A stretch of DNA of 62,320 bases, filler included, from Platydemus manokwari (lineage: Eukaryota): the NCBI GenBank assembly GCA_037951405.1. It is 5 parts of 5 records of this genome, joined end to end, with 100 filler letters (N's around TTAATTAATTAA, not from the genome) between each part and the next. Parts side by side here need not be neighbours in the genome. Positions count along the whole stretch, not along the records: positions 1 to 17,135 come from JBBMOY011116996.1; 4 more parts are not named here. One strand, written 5' to 3'. The notes beneath the pieces are model-generated. The model ran no database searches and had not been told where the DNA came from. It was given only the letters and a program-made list of their open reading frames with translations. Below, piece after piece: positions 1-12,880 of the stretch. The translations under genes and the position numbers were made by a program. The first letter of the stretch is position 1, and every line of letters starts with the position of its first letter.

Positions 1-2011
1 CCTATTGATTGATAATATATCAATCAAAATTTGAAATTGTCAAAACGGACATTACTTTTCGGATGACCTAATATATTGATTTTCGACATACACTTACTGA
101 GTAAACCAAAGCATAATCGTCTAAAATTGGCTGAAAACTATTCTTATTAATCAAGAAGTTTTGTTTATTTATTCTACAATGTAAATCATATTTCATGTGG
201 CTTTTCTAAAATCACAAACCTCAAATGCCATTCTCATTTCTTGAATAATTATCATAAGAAAAATTGACAAGTTTTTTGATCAGAGAATTTTTCTATTACC
301 ATTCATTTTTGTATCCAATAAATGACCGATATCGATATATTATTTAAGTTAGACTTTGTCCTACCTAGTTGCTTATCAATTATTTCATTTTTATTAGAAT
401 GGATATTATGACCAACACCTAATATATAGGCTTATGGTTATAATAAAATTTTAACTCTCAAATTCACTGTTTCTTGATCACGTATTTATTACATTAATCT
501 CAACTAAAAATGAGATTATTCAAATATGAACAAAGATTCGAAATTCAAAAAGAGAAACCTAGGTAAATAAGTGAAATCCAGATTTAATACCAGAAAATAG
601 TAAAATATGATATAAACTTCTTATTTTTGTCACACCTTAGCTAGGAATTGTGTTTGAAAATCCATATCTGTTTAGATAAATTATTTACGTCATAACATTG
701 CGAAACGAAAATTAGGGCTAGATAGAGGCGTCGTGATTGCAGTTATATAAAATTATAGTATTACAATTTTGTGATTTTATATAATGATTTATAATTATAT
801 AATGGTAGGTTCATATTAAAATAATTGTTTGTACTAATTCTGGACGACTCATTACTCCTGATAGTCAATGTATGTTCAAATAAATAAATACATTATAAGA
901 AATAAACTGATAAAAGTAAATTTTAATGCTATTAGGAATACATATTGGATATTAGAATATATCAAAGCACATAATTTTCGTTAATTAAAATACTTTGCTC
1001 CCAAGAACAAATATCAAGTTATTGAAACCAAATAATTAATTTTAGAAACAAACTACAGTATAGTTTACAGTATAGAAGAGCGTTAATACATAACATCAAT
1101 ATATAATACATCAATATCAATTGCATAAGAAATCCGGAATTTATATATGCCCAGGACATGTACTGAAAGACTCAACGCCAAAGGAAGATTAAGTAGGCTT
1201 CAATAATTGTAAAATCATCAAACATTTGTAGCAACCGAATATTCTTCCTATTTATCGGTTCTTGACCAAGCTCTTGAACAAATTAGTTTTACTCCTCGCG
1301 GAAGTTTATTAACCATTCGTTTTCCCAGAAGTTGTAGCCAGACTCTGTCGCTTAAGTGAAAACAAATATCTGTAAATTTTTTTATTAAGCTTATAATTGT
1401 AATTCGGTGCTATATTAATAAAAGTGTATTTGAAACGAAATATCGTTCTAATATTGAAATCGGAAAGTGCGATAAGGTATCATCTCATTTTCAATGAAAT
1501 AATCACCTTCAGTATCAATTCATTACCTTTTGGTAAAGTGCGATCGAAGCAGTTATGAATTGAAAGTTTGAAATAGTTATAAAATAAATAAATCAGTGTC
1601 TAGTCCCACTCATCCAGTCATCATACGTTGAATTAGAGTTTATCGAGGCGAAAGAACATCACATTATTAGGTTCGGGATTATCTGTGGGTCATCCGAACT
1701 TCCGAGTACTGATAAGACTCAGTCAAAAAGGTGTCAATAATAGCTGTGATAATAAAAAACCAAGGTAAGCCAAAGATCACCAACAATCAACAACAATAAT
1801 AATAATAACAAGGACAATAATAATAACAATAATAATATTAATTATAAAAATAATAATAATTAATAATAATTAAACTCTGTGTAGTGAAAGTGTTTATTAG
1901 ATATTAAGATAATATAGATAACAATCTAATTTAACTTTTTACAGCTTAAAAATTTCAATTTCTATAAATTTATGTAAACACAGCCTGCCCAAAGAGAGCA
2001 AAAATTTCCGT

Positions 2012-3022
2012 TCATATTAAATCACTAGATCTGCAAATAGTTATCTGATTCTCATCAGAACTGCTTTCACTTTCAGATGAAGAATAATCTATATATTTCC
2101 AATCATTCGTATTCCAAACATCATGAGTTGATCTTACATTAGAGTTTGAAGAAATGTAATTTGTAGTTTTTAAGAATGGTTGTATTATATCGATTGTATT
2201 TTGAGCAAAGATTTTTACTTTTTCCAACTCTTCTTTCTTTGCTAATGTTTTCTCAATTCTCAGTTTGTCTTTGTAAAATTCTGAAAAATTACTGACAATT
2301 ATTGGTATTGGCATTGCTATAACTAGTACTCCAATAACACAGCAAATCGAAGCAAAAGTTTGGCCTAATGTCGTTTTGGGATAAACATCACCATAGCCCA
2401 CAGTTGTCATGCTGATTATTGACCACCAGAACGTTTCGGGAATACTTGGAAACATTTTATGATTTGTTTCCTTTTCTGCAAAATAAAGTAGACTCGAGAA
2501 AACCGAAACACCCATTGCAATAAAACTGACTAGAAGACCCAATTCTTTATAGCTCTTTTGAAGCGTATAGCCCAGAGATTGCAGACCAACAGAATGGCGA
2601 GCTAATTTGAGAACTCGCAGAATTCTCAATACGCGAAATACTTGAACCACTTTACTAATAGATTCTAATTTGCCAATGTGACTTTTATAGACACTTGTCA
2701 CGATCAGTGTAAAATAAAACGGAGCTATAGCAATCAGATCGATAATATTCAAGAATTCTATTAAGAAATATAATGGCCGATTTGCTGATATAAGACGTAA
2801 TATATACTCTAAGGTAAACCATGTGATACAAACGTGTTCAATTATTTCGAATAAGTCATTTTGGGTGTTTTCTTGATGGTAATCTGTTGTGATATTTCTT
2901 CTGGCAATTTGCTCCTCTTCTGCTGTGTCTAATCTGATCATTTTTTGAAATTCGGGTACTGTACTGACAACCAAACAAACCGTTGAGACGATGATGAATA
3001 AAATAGATATTGCTGCCATTAT
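2012..3022 (-). CDS. Shab: Voltage-gated K+ channel, Kv2/Shab family, terminal exon (S1-S6 and C-tail); T1 exon not found
   Basis: S4 FRVLRILRVLKLARHS, pore TMTTVGYGD-type motif (SMTTVGYGD) and S6 PIPIIV, which is typical of Kv2. Splice acceptor (catttag) at 3024-3023 precedes IMAAISILF. Confidence 0.9.
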   Translation of the reverse strand: MMAAISILFIIVSTVCLVVSTVPEFQKMIRLDTAEEEQIARRNITTDYHQENTQNDLFEIIEHVCITWFTLEYILRLISANRPLYFLIEFLNIIDLIAIAPFYFTLIVTSVYKSHIGKLESISKVVQVFRVLRILRVLKLARHSVGLQSLGYTLQKSYKELGLLVSFIAMGVSVFSSLLYFAEKETNHKMFPSIPETFWWSIISMTTVGYGDVYPKTTLGQTFASICCVIGVLVIAMPIPIIVSNFSEFYKDKLRIEKTLAKKEELEKVKIFAQNTIDIIQPFLKTTNYISSNSNVRSTHDVWNTNDWKYIDYSSSESESSSDENQITICRSSDLI

Positions 3023-3181
3023 CTAAATGATAATCCAAATAGTTAAATAATTACTATTATTCTCAACAAAGATAAAACATGATTTCAGTATGAATGAAAT
3101 ATTGACAAAACATATTTCAATTTTACAATGTCTTCGTCAAATATAATGAATTGGAATTTTTCTGGATAAATCAAAAATTTC

Positions 3182-4127
3182 GGCTTAAGTTAAGAAAAAA
3201 GGTCCTTTGACCCAATTTTAAAGTAATGACTTTTCGTGAGTTATTTGATATTAGAATTTATTTGTAATCATATTTTGATGAAATTTTGACATCAAATTCA
3301 ATTTTAGATTAATAACCAAAAATCAACTCTAACAATCAAAAAACATACTTTCGATGCTCGTTACTATATTTGTCACTTTCAAATCATTTCTCGTCAATTT
3401 ATATGATGATAATTAGACCTGGAATTATATTTCTATGCCAAGATATTTCTTCAATGTATATCAATAAAACATTTTAAATTGTTGGTTTTATTTTAATAAA
3501 AATTGTCAATATTTGTTGCTTATTAGTTTGTTAATGGATATAATTTTGTAAATATAATTTTTTTGTGTGAGCCCCGTGCACTAAAAATACTTTATTCAGA
3601 ATGTCGATAAGGGACAAGGCTGAATTGTTGAACCAAGTCCCTATTTGAATTCCGAAACTTATATATTTGTGGCATCTTCAGCTGTACGATTTATTTGATT
3701 TGGATCAAATCTTCATGTCATTACAACATCGACAGGTCTGGAATCTATGTATCCAATCTATTAAATAGATATTAATATACTTATTTTGAGAGAAAACACG
3801 AGTACCTTATTCCTGGCACTTCTCAATAATTTCGAAGTCACTTTTTTATAAAATAATTCTAAAAATCTTAGATATCATTGAGATTGCTTCTAATTAATTT
3901 CATTTTGACCTACTTTGACCCTTTTTTCAAATAATTAATTTTTAGTAGATTTTAAAAATCATGTGTCTATATTATTTGATTCTAAATAACTAAAATTTTA
4001 CTCAAGTACTTAAATAAAAAATTCATAATGTTATTAAATAATTTAATCAAATAATCTATATAGATTTTTGCAACACACTCCACAATTTTAAAATTTTATT
4101 TAAGGACCCTATTTTTTAACTTTAGCC
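3182..4127. mobile_element. ~950 bp non-autonomous TIR DNA transposon (MITE, Merlin-like GG termini), copy 1
   Basis: Imperfect 26-bp TIRs GGCTTAAGTTAAGAAAAAAGGTCCTT / AAGGACCCTATTTTTTAACTTTAGCC. The interior matches 36576-37531 and 38375-39185 in inverted orientation. Confidence 0.8.
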
Positions 4128-4508
4128 GAATTTTCTAAGTATATGAGTGTGATTTACCAAGACAAGACTGGAAGTTTTTAGCTGATCAATTGAAATATAA
4201 AGATAGTTGTAAAAAACTGTAAAATATTGTGTTGGACTATTCAAGCAGTTAGATCCAAGAAATTTGTAAAGTCATTAACAATGAGCTTTATGAAGCTTAA
4301 ATATTTGAAAATAATTGATAAAAATTTTTAAATCAAATAAAACCATGAAGCTAATAACTTCAATTTTCTAACTTTTTTCAAAATCACTCTGACTGTCAAT
4401 AATATCTAACTAGGAATTTTTAGATCATTAGGCACAAATATCATAATAACAACATTAATTTTAAACTTTTATGTATTTGTTTAAATACTAAAACGTAACT
4501 TTTTAATA

Positions 4509-5834
4509 ATGGCGTTTTTTAAAGGTGCGAGTAAAGAGGCCCACAGAGCTTCAATTTTGAAACATCAAAGGAGTAAAGATAGACAAGAAATTGAATTTAA
4601 GAAAAAAAAATTAGAGTCTGAATTAAGTGTTGATGATGGAATCAGTAACATTTTTACTGCTCGTCAGGATACTGAAGATTCTAACTTCGCACCTGAAACT
4701 GTAGGATTAGTCACTTTGGAAGAATTAAAAGCTCAACAAGAAGCAATAATTTCTGCAAGAGAAAAACAAGCATTAATAGAAAAATTTGAAAAAAATTCTG
4801 ATAAAGATCATTTAGATAATGAGAATAAAAAGGATATTATTCAAGTAATCATTTAAAGTTTAGCGAAAATACTAGTTTAATGAAAAATATTAACATTAAT
4901 GTTTATTATCAATCTTTGTGTTCTAAAAATATATTATTAGTGTAATACTTAAAATTTATTACTGAAATCGAAATTTAGAGGGGTCCTATATCATTTGGAT
5001 ATGATGATGATGAGGAAGAAGACAGTGATGAAACAGAAGACAAGGTGGGTGTGATATACGAATTCTATTGCTTATAGATAATAGAATATTTTAGTCTGAT
5101 GAAGCCTCGCCCCCTAATAAAAGAAAACGTTATGGTGTTAATCCTAAAGTTGACACTAGGTTTATTCCAGATATATATCGCAAAGAAGAAGAAAATAAAT
5201 TACGGTTAGTAATCCAAATTTGCAAAAATATTTACATAATAAATGAAATTTATGATTTTATTGTCATTTTATTTAGTGAAGATCTACGAAAGGAATGGTT
5301 AGAAAAGCAGATTTCTATAAAAGAAGAGGAAATAAAGATCACATATAGTTATTGGGATGGATCAGGTCATAGAAGGGATATAATTGCCAAAAAAGGTTAT
5401 TCCGTACAAATGTTTCTTACAAAATGTCTTGAACAATTACGCAAAGAATTTCCAGAATTAAAAGCCACATCGGTAGATAAATTGATGTACATCAAAGAGG
5501 ATTTGATTATTCCTCATCATAATACGTTCTATGATTTTATTGTCACTAAAGCTAGAGGAAAATCTGGACCATTGTTCACATTCGACGTGAGAGAAGATGT
5601 GCGCATTGTTCAAGACGCATCGATTGAAAAAGAAGATTCTCATGCTGGCAAAGTGAATGGCTGATTGTGATGTTATTAGGTTCATTTTTAACATTTCAGG
5701 TATGCTTGAGAAGTTGGTATGAGAGAAACAAGCACATATTTCCAGCCAGTAGATGGGAACCATTCGATCCCATGAAGAATTGGGACCAGTATACGATTGG
5801 TGATAAGATGTCAGCGAAAATTGTTGTAAAATGA
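4509..5834 (+). CDS. FAM50: FAM50/XAP5 family nuclear protein; ~5 exons (approx. 4509-4844, 4979-5044, 5095-5203, 5277-5652, 5700-5834)
   Basis: Motifs [62 protein letters not shown] and [19 protein letters not shown], separated by GT-AG introns. Confidence 0.93.
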
Positions 5835-8003
5835 AATTTGTCGATATTGTTTCTATTTTGGGTTTTGTTGATGTTGTGAGAGAGGATTTGTTTGAATTTG
5901 TGTACAATTTGGGATTTTATTGTCAATGTTAAATGATCGATTTATAATTTCACGTTTTCATTTGAATTGTTTGATGATTTTTATCTCAGACACTGGATTG
6001 ATAAATTGCTTTGCTTAAGACGTTGAAAATTTTAATGCAGGTAAAGAAAATTCATTAGATGAATTCAGTATAATTTACTAGCATATTTTATTAAAATCAT
6101 TTAGATTTTTTTTATTTGAAACTTATTGCAAGAGTTATTTCATTAAAAAAAATTGCATAAAGGTTTTCTACAATATTTGTTTAACCAGTATTATATGTGA
6201 TATTAATTTAACTTTGTGTTGAAATTTCTTAATCTCATTAAATTGATTATTGGATCCAATATTGTACAATGTACGATGATATTCTAAATAGTATTTCTCG
6301 AAATATAAAATTCAAAAACATTAAAGACTTGAATAAAAATAACTGAAATCTAAACATCGTACTCAATATGTCTCAGAATTTTCCTTTCTATTTGAGTGCT
6401 TGTGTGTGGCTTGTTCTGCTTCTTCCTATGTCGATACAACAACTCGGTGGGTTTACTATGTCCTGAATAACGACGGATAGTATCTCAGGTTCGTGTAATA
6501 CTTCATGCTTCATCGGTAATGTGACAAAATCATTGCCTAATATGTGAATTACTTCTGATATTACATCTGGTGTCGTTAATGATTTCGCATCCAAATCAAT
6601 AGGGGTTTGTTATTGGATTTCTTCTTCACATGTTTGTTTTCCCACTGGTAGGAGTCAATTATTTCCGCAACTTTTGTGCTCCAGTAAATAAAGAGAGTTC
6701 AATGCTGATTGTTGACATTCACTAGGATTATGATGTATTGCAGAGGCCTGGATCAAGTTCTGATAATTATGTATTCCATAAGGTATACAGTTTTGTATAG
6801 ATTGTCTTCCATGTTGATATGTCTCCGAACGTAGTCATCTATCTGTTGACCTTTGAACCAGAGTGGGTTATCAAGCACTGAAGGGTCAAATTTGTATTTC
6901 TCTCCAATGTAATCCCGTCAAGTACTCGATTTTTGAGATGGGTCTTGTGGTTGAGGATTCCAAAATTCAAAGAGGACTCAGTGAGGGCTTTCGAAGAAGC
7001 TGTTCAGCGGTTCAAAATGTTTTGTATGAAAATCATTTTTACTGATTTAGGTGCATGACTAGTTAGTTTAGTTTTGGAATCCCACGTATCATCTCTTAGA
7101 TATTTTATTCTTACTTCCATATGATGAAACAAATTTTCTATTTTTTTTAAAGTACTCTCTAATTTCTATCAAATTTTGTATATATTACTTTCATCATTTC
7201 CTCGGAATTTATATACTTTGTGTAGCTTTTGCTTTCGATACCTGATTTAACCAGATCTACGCTTATTTTGGTTTCGTGTCCCCGAAACACAATTTATTAT
7301 TGAAAATTTTATCAGCTCGGATAATTGTGTTAATTTTGGAATTATTTCCTATTTTATCTACTTTTTCACCAGTTTCTGATTGAACCCTTTGGTCAACTTT
7401 AGTATTTTTTCCCTCTCTTCTTTTAAGTGTTCCAGCTAATATTTTTGGACCAATTTCATTGACTATAGCACCATTGATTTCTCAGACACCGTCTCCTAGA
7501 GTTCACATTTAATGAATTTAATTTGGATGGTTAGTATATTATCCTTGTCACTGGTAATTGTCGGGGATCAATTATCAACTACTCTTCACTTTGTTTATGT
7601 TCGTTCCTTGATATCATCTTCTTTTTCAATTTTGAGGTTTGTGCCATTTTCGACATTTCTAGCGATTTCTATTTCAGAGTAGTTGATGATCTTTGTTGGT
7701 TTCCTGGATTTATAGAAACTATAATTTCTGATTTTTTTCACCTGTTGAGGTTGGCATCTTATTGCGTGTGTTTTAAAAGCAATGAAATCCAATAGTTATT
7801 GTCACATTAAAAACAAATATTCCATTATAAAAGAAAAATAATAAATATTGGGTGTAATAAATTAATCTTTTGTTTTAAAAATCGGTACAATCTAAAGATT
7901 TAAGCTACTGATTTAAAGCTGAAATTAACATATATAAATTGAAATTCTTTTTATTCACTTGAAATTATAAAATTTTGTTTTTGAAATTTTATTTTATTTT
8001 GAT

Positions 8004-11000
8004 ATGGCGAAGTGCATTCAACAGGATGGGGAGTTTACGTCATTGGAAGCAACATTAGTTAAATGCTGGAAAAGTGATTACGCAGTATGATAAATAAATT
8101 TCAATTTGAAATTTTGTTTATGAACTTTTATATTATATTTCTATATTGTTAACTGTATTTAAATTATGAATCTAATAAAGTAGCATAATATGTTATTACC
8201 TACAAATAGATTTATGAAATTCAAATAACTTCTCGCGAAAATAATATTAATTGGACGTTTTCCAAGAGATACAGTGAATTTTTGCAGCTCCATGAAAATG
8301 TACTTGTTTCTTGATGATTATAGAAATTAATTTCTTTATAGTTATGCAAACTGGATGCTTCAGTCAAAAATATTTACTTTCCTCCTAAAAAATCATTTAA
8401 TAATTTATCTTCAAAGTTTCTGAGTAAACGACTCCAAGATCTTGAACAATATCTAAATATTTTATTAAAAAAGTTTCCCATTCCTCCTTTACCTCTTGCT
8501 CAATTTATTGATTGGAATCTATATGTAAGCTTTATCTTTCTGTTGATATGCTACACTTTATTAGTGATAAAGGAAATTCACGGTATCACAAGTTTACTTG
8601 CCAAGAACTTTTACGAAAATGGTTATTGATATTGTTTTTATTTGAAAATCCTTATTCGTTTATTAGGTGAAATGATAATCACACTTGGATTTCAGTTCGA
8701 ATTTAGTGTATTGCAAATATATTCAATCAATCATAGGTTACAATGCCAATCGCCCACCAACTGTGAGTTTGGTTTAATGTGTGATGAAATTTAGAAGCTT
8801 GTTATTGAGATATCTTTACATAAATATTCTAGATTTTTATATTGATATTAATAATAATAATAATATTATTATTGTTGGTTTTTTAATCTTTATTCAAATT
8901 TTTTCAATTGTTTATTGTTTTTTATTATTATTAATTATTTCATATGATTGTCTTCATTAAATATTTGAAAGAAATTATTAATAATCGAAAATATTTATTA
9001 TAAATTATATTTATATATTCAGTATTCGATAATATTTCAATGGATTTTGTCCATGTGATGGATTTCATTGGCCATGTACGCAATGTTAAGGTGGGTATTC
9101 GCACTAATATATATTCATATGGTATCTAATTATTCCATATATCTATTGATTACCATAGGTAACTGGATCGACGACTCCTCTACATTCAAGTAATATCATC
9201 ATGAATAAATTTGATTTGGATATGACACGATTTAATTCGATTGAGAAACTGGAAGTGAGTTATTGTGAAAGTCGTTTTAAGGGCCCTTATTAGATTGATC
9301 AAATGACGATTAATTAGTTAACCAATGTCAATTTGAAACAAATGAGAGGGTTTGAAAAACTCAAAGAAACGGTTCGAGCCCTTAAAGTCAGCCATTCTCT
9401 CGACAGTATCAAAATTTTGGCACTTGGGGATCTGTTGTCCATGGGTAACGGTGATTGGGTATTCGGTCGAGATTCTGTGCCGACGAAATCTTGGGAGTAT
9501 GTCGAGTGTTTGGATTTGTCAAACAATTTTCTCCATGGAGTCGATCCTAGCATTGTAAATTGAATATTTCTATCTGTTAATATGTGAATAATGCATTTTT
9601 CTGTTGCCATGAATGACGCATGACCTAATTTTGATTATCTTTGATTTCACTATTTTACACACCAGTATCACTATGGTATTTTGCGTTATTATTGGTTCGA
9701 TTGATTACTGCATTGCTAATATTTAGGTTGTAGCGTACGTGTTTCGCAATGATTATTAAGATTATTCAAGGAATCTACAATCGTTGTCATGGTGATCTAA
9801 TCACATAAAATATGAAAAAAATTTAATTGTGTAGAATGCTACTTATTATATTAATGTTATCTATGCTATTCTCTGATCGAATGTTGATCAAATATGTTTC
9901 GGTTTTAGTGTCTATTCAAACGTGTGAAAAACGTGAAATTCAATAATAATTTATTGGTGGATGTGCAACATTTAGAAATCCTTGAAAATTTACGTGTCCT
10001 CAACCTCAGTCATAATAAGTTGGGATTGGTTTATATGTCAACGAACTTCTATCCCGAACCAACTCTTCGTGGCCGTTTGGGCAATATCACTGAACTAGAT
10101 TTATCATATAATCAATTAATTAGTGCCAGACTGATTGATGGATTGTATTCGTTGATAAAATTGAACTTGGGCAGCAATCAAATTGAAGAGGTGAATTATT
10201 CCACCAATAATAATAATAACAGCAATTGATATTCATTTATAGTTAGGCGAATTGGAGAGTTTAGGCACTCTGCAATGTCTGGAATCACTAATTTTATTGG
10301 GTAATCCTGTTTGTTCTAAATTTGGATACAGAAAATTTACATTGGAGTTATTTGGAATAAGATTTAATGAGGTTTGTCATTACATATATAATGATAATTA
10401 TTTATTGTTTTAACTATTATATTTAATGATTATATTTTATACAATAATAACCATGGTAACGTGTTCATAATCATGTTTATTCTCAAACAATTAAAAGAAT
10501 TAATCGTTATATCTTACAATTAATAGCTTTCATCATTGATTATAATTTATTTAATAATTATGTGAAAATGGCATAAGGGATTTGGTTGGATATGAAATGT
10601 AGTTTTCCAATAATAAATAATATTTCATTATGAAGGTGATTTGATCCGGTTTCTAATAATAACTGTTATCCTCTACTATTTCTTTGAACCGGGTCAAAAA
10701 GTTCAACCCAAAAAGTATATTTAAAAACAGTATTTTAAAATATTTAATTTTCTTTGGATTTATTGTTATTGATTTCTCTATTTATTCTCTATATCCTTTC
10801 TTATTTTTTTATCTTACCAAGCTTAATTTCATAATATAATTAATTCTTTGATCCAACCTTTTAACTCTGTGTGCTGTTGGAATACTACTCCTCTAAGAAT
10901 CGAATCCAATAGTCTTATCACCATGTTGTCTACTACTATTTCATTAAATACTGGTTGTAACAGACTAAGAAGTTTAATCCAAAAAGTATATTTGATAGCA

Positions 11001-12880
11001 ATATTTCAAACGAATTATATTGTTTTTGTAAGCCGCTTCTATTTTAAAAACCACCTATTAAAACAAACTGACAAGCCACGATACCAAAATATATTTAAAT
11101 ACAATTATATAAACAAATTAATTTGATTTTATACATAATATTTTATACAGGCTTAAATTTTATACAAAATTAAATCTTTAGAAATTTTAATTCAATTTAA
11201 AATGCCCACATCCTCTTTCTTTAAAATCTTTGATTTTCTTTTTATTCTTAATTGGCTTTGCATCGAATACTCACACATTTATCTACATAAGAAACTCTAG
11301 TTCTTCTGTCTTTTTTATATCTTCTCTAAATCTTTTTAAAATCTTTGTATATTTTCTATATAGTCTCAACATCTTTCTTGTCCATAATTTCAAGTCATTG
11401 ATACTATCGGAATCGACCAGATCTGTGCATTGTATCGAATGCTCACAGTTTTTAATCTATTTTATTTTATTATTTAAAAATTATTTATTAAAATTTTAAT
11501 AATAAGTGATATTTGATTATCATGGTAACATAAGTGACATTTTAATAATAATATTAGATAATATTGATTGTTCAGTTGATATAAACATCCTGGTGATTTT
11601 GCTGGTTTCGATGTTTGAATGGTGATTCAATTTAACAATTTTCGGAATATTAATTCATAATTATCTTGTCATATAATATCAATAGTAGTTTGTTCATTTT
11701 TTGCTTCACGGTGTCAAACTTTACCCTGATGAGAATTGTGAGTAAATTATTCTAAACGATGTAGCAGCATTTACATGATTTCATTAATAAAGACCTTAAT
11801 TATGAAACTTTAGATTAATTTATTTGGAATTTTTCTGACGAACCAAGCACATTTGAGAGGTGTAAAAGTAAAACTGGGAATCACTCCATTCAGATGTAAG
11901 ATTTTTGCTTAACTTTTACGAAAAAAGAATTTAATTAACATTATGAAGGGAAAAAATAATTGTTTTGATGGATTATGTTGATTTGGAATTGAAATACAAT
12001 TACAACAATTGTCAAGTTATAGGTGACAACGAATTTTATTGAAATGATCATGTGCTCATATCTACCACTGAGGAAAATACTAAATTGTAAATTCGAGGTA
12101 TAATCCAATACTGATTAGTAAAAGGACCACAGAAACCGAATATCGGTCGACCATCCTTAAAAATAGTTAAGATTCAGTTAGGAAGACGCCATAATCGTTA
12201 TCATATTGAAATTGTAATCTGAAAAGTGGTTTGAATAAAGCAGTATTTATTTTAATTGTTAGTCTTTTGATTTTGTCCTTAAATAGAATGATTAAAATTT
12301 TTCAAATTGATGTGGTCTGGTACGATAACGATTATGTTGTATTTCTAACTGAATCTTAACGATTTTAACGGGTGGTCGACCGATATTCCTTTTTCCGGGT
12401 CCTTTTACAAATCGGTATTGAATTAAACATAGGGTCTACAACTTAGTATTTTGCTCATTGGCGGATGAGCACATAATCATTTCATGTTTATAAAATCCAT
12501 TCACACGGAAACTTCGAAAGAAACAATCGTTATGGTAAAGTTTAACCGCTAATATCAAATCAAGTCAATTTTCAAAATTATAGACATTCTAAATATAAGT
12601 ATATATACCATTAAATATTCTAACATTTATTTTATTAGGTGAAACTTGATTTACGATTAGCTGATGAAACAGAATGCACACAATTGCACACATCAATTTC
12701 TGAATCCATTTTAAGGAAAAAAAGAACCAATAATGCTCCTAACCTTTCAGGAACACCTCAATCGAATTACGACAGTATTAATTTTTCAAACAACGGCGAG
12801 TGAGTGTTATTCAAATATTAGCCGATATTTTTGTCATTAGACTCGAATCTAGGAATCTTGAGGTATCTATTGAATCCGAG
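8004..12880 (+). CDS. NISCH: Nischarin-like PX + LRR protein, multi-exon (3' end uncertain)
   Basis: PX motifs KRYSEFLQLHE / FPPKK / RLQDLEQYL are followed by YEIHGITSLLA, then LRRs (LDLSNNFL, LNLSHNKL, RGRLGNITELDLSYNQL, LESLILLGNPV). An exon at ~12639 (VKLD) follows a ~2.2 kb intron. Confidence 0.85.
12040..12484. repeat. Foldback/MITE-like element with ~145-bp imperfect inverted arms, in the NISCH intron
   Basis: 12040-12183 (TGAAATGATCATGTGCTC...GAATATCGGTCGACCA...GTTAAGATTCAGTTAG) is the reverse complement of 12343-12484. Confidence 0.75.

Noticed and set aside
5458-5926. Antisense ORFs over FAM50 (and similar shadow ORFs over NISCH, CFAP20 and the retroelements)
   Set aside because: Opposite-strand or alternate-frame shadows of real coding sequence, with no motifs.
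6380-7800. Possible degenerate LINE-like relic on the minus strand
   Set aside because: It looks like decayed coding sequence, but no diagnostic RT or endonuclease motif could be recovered.
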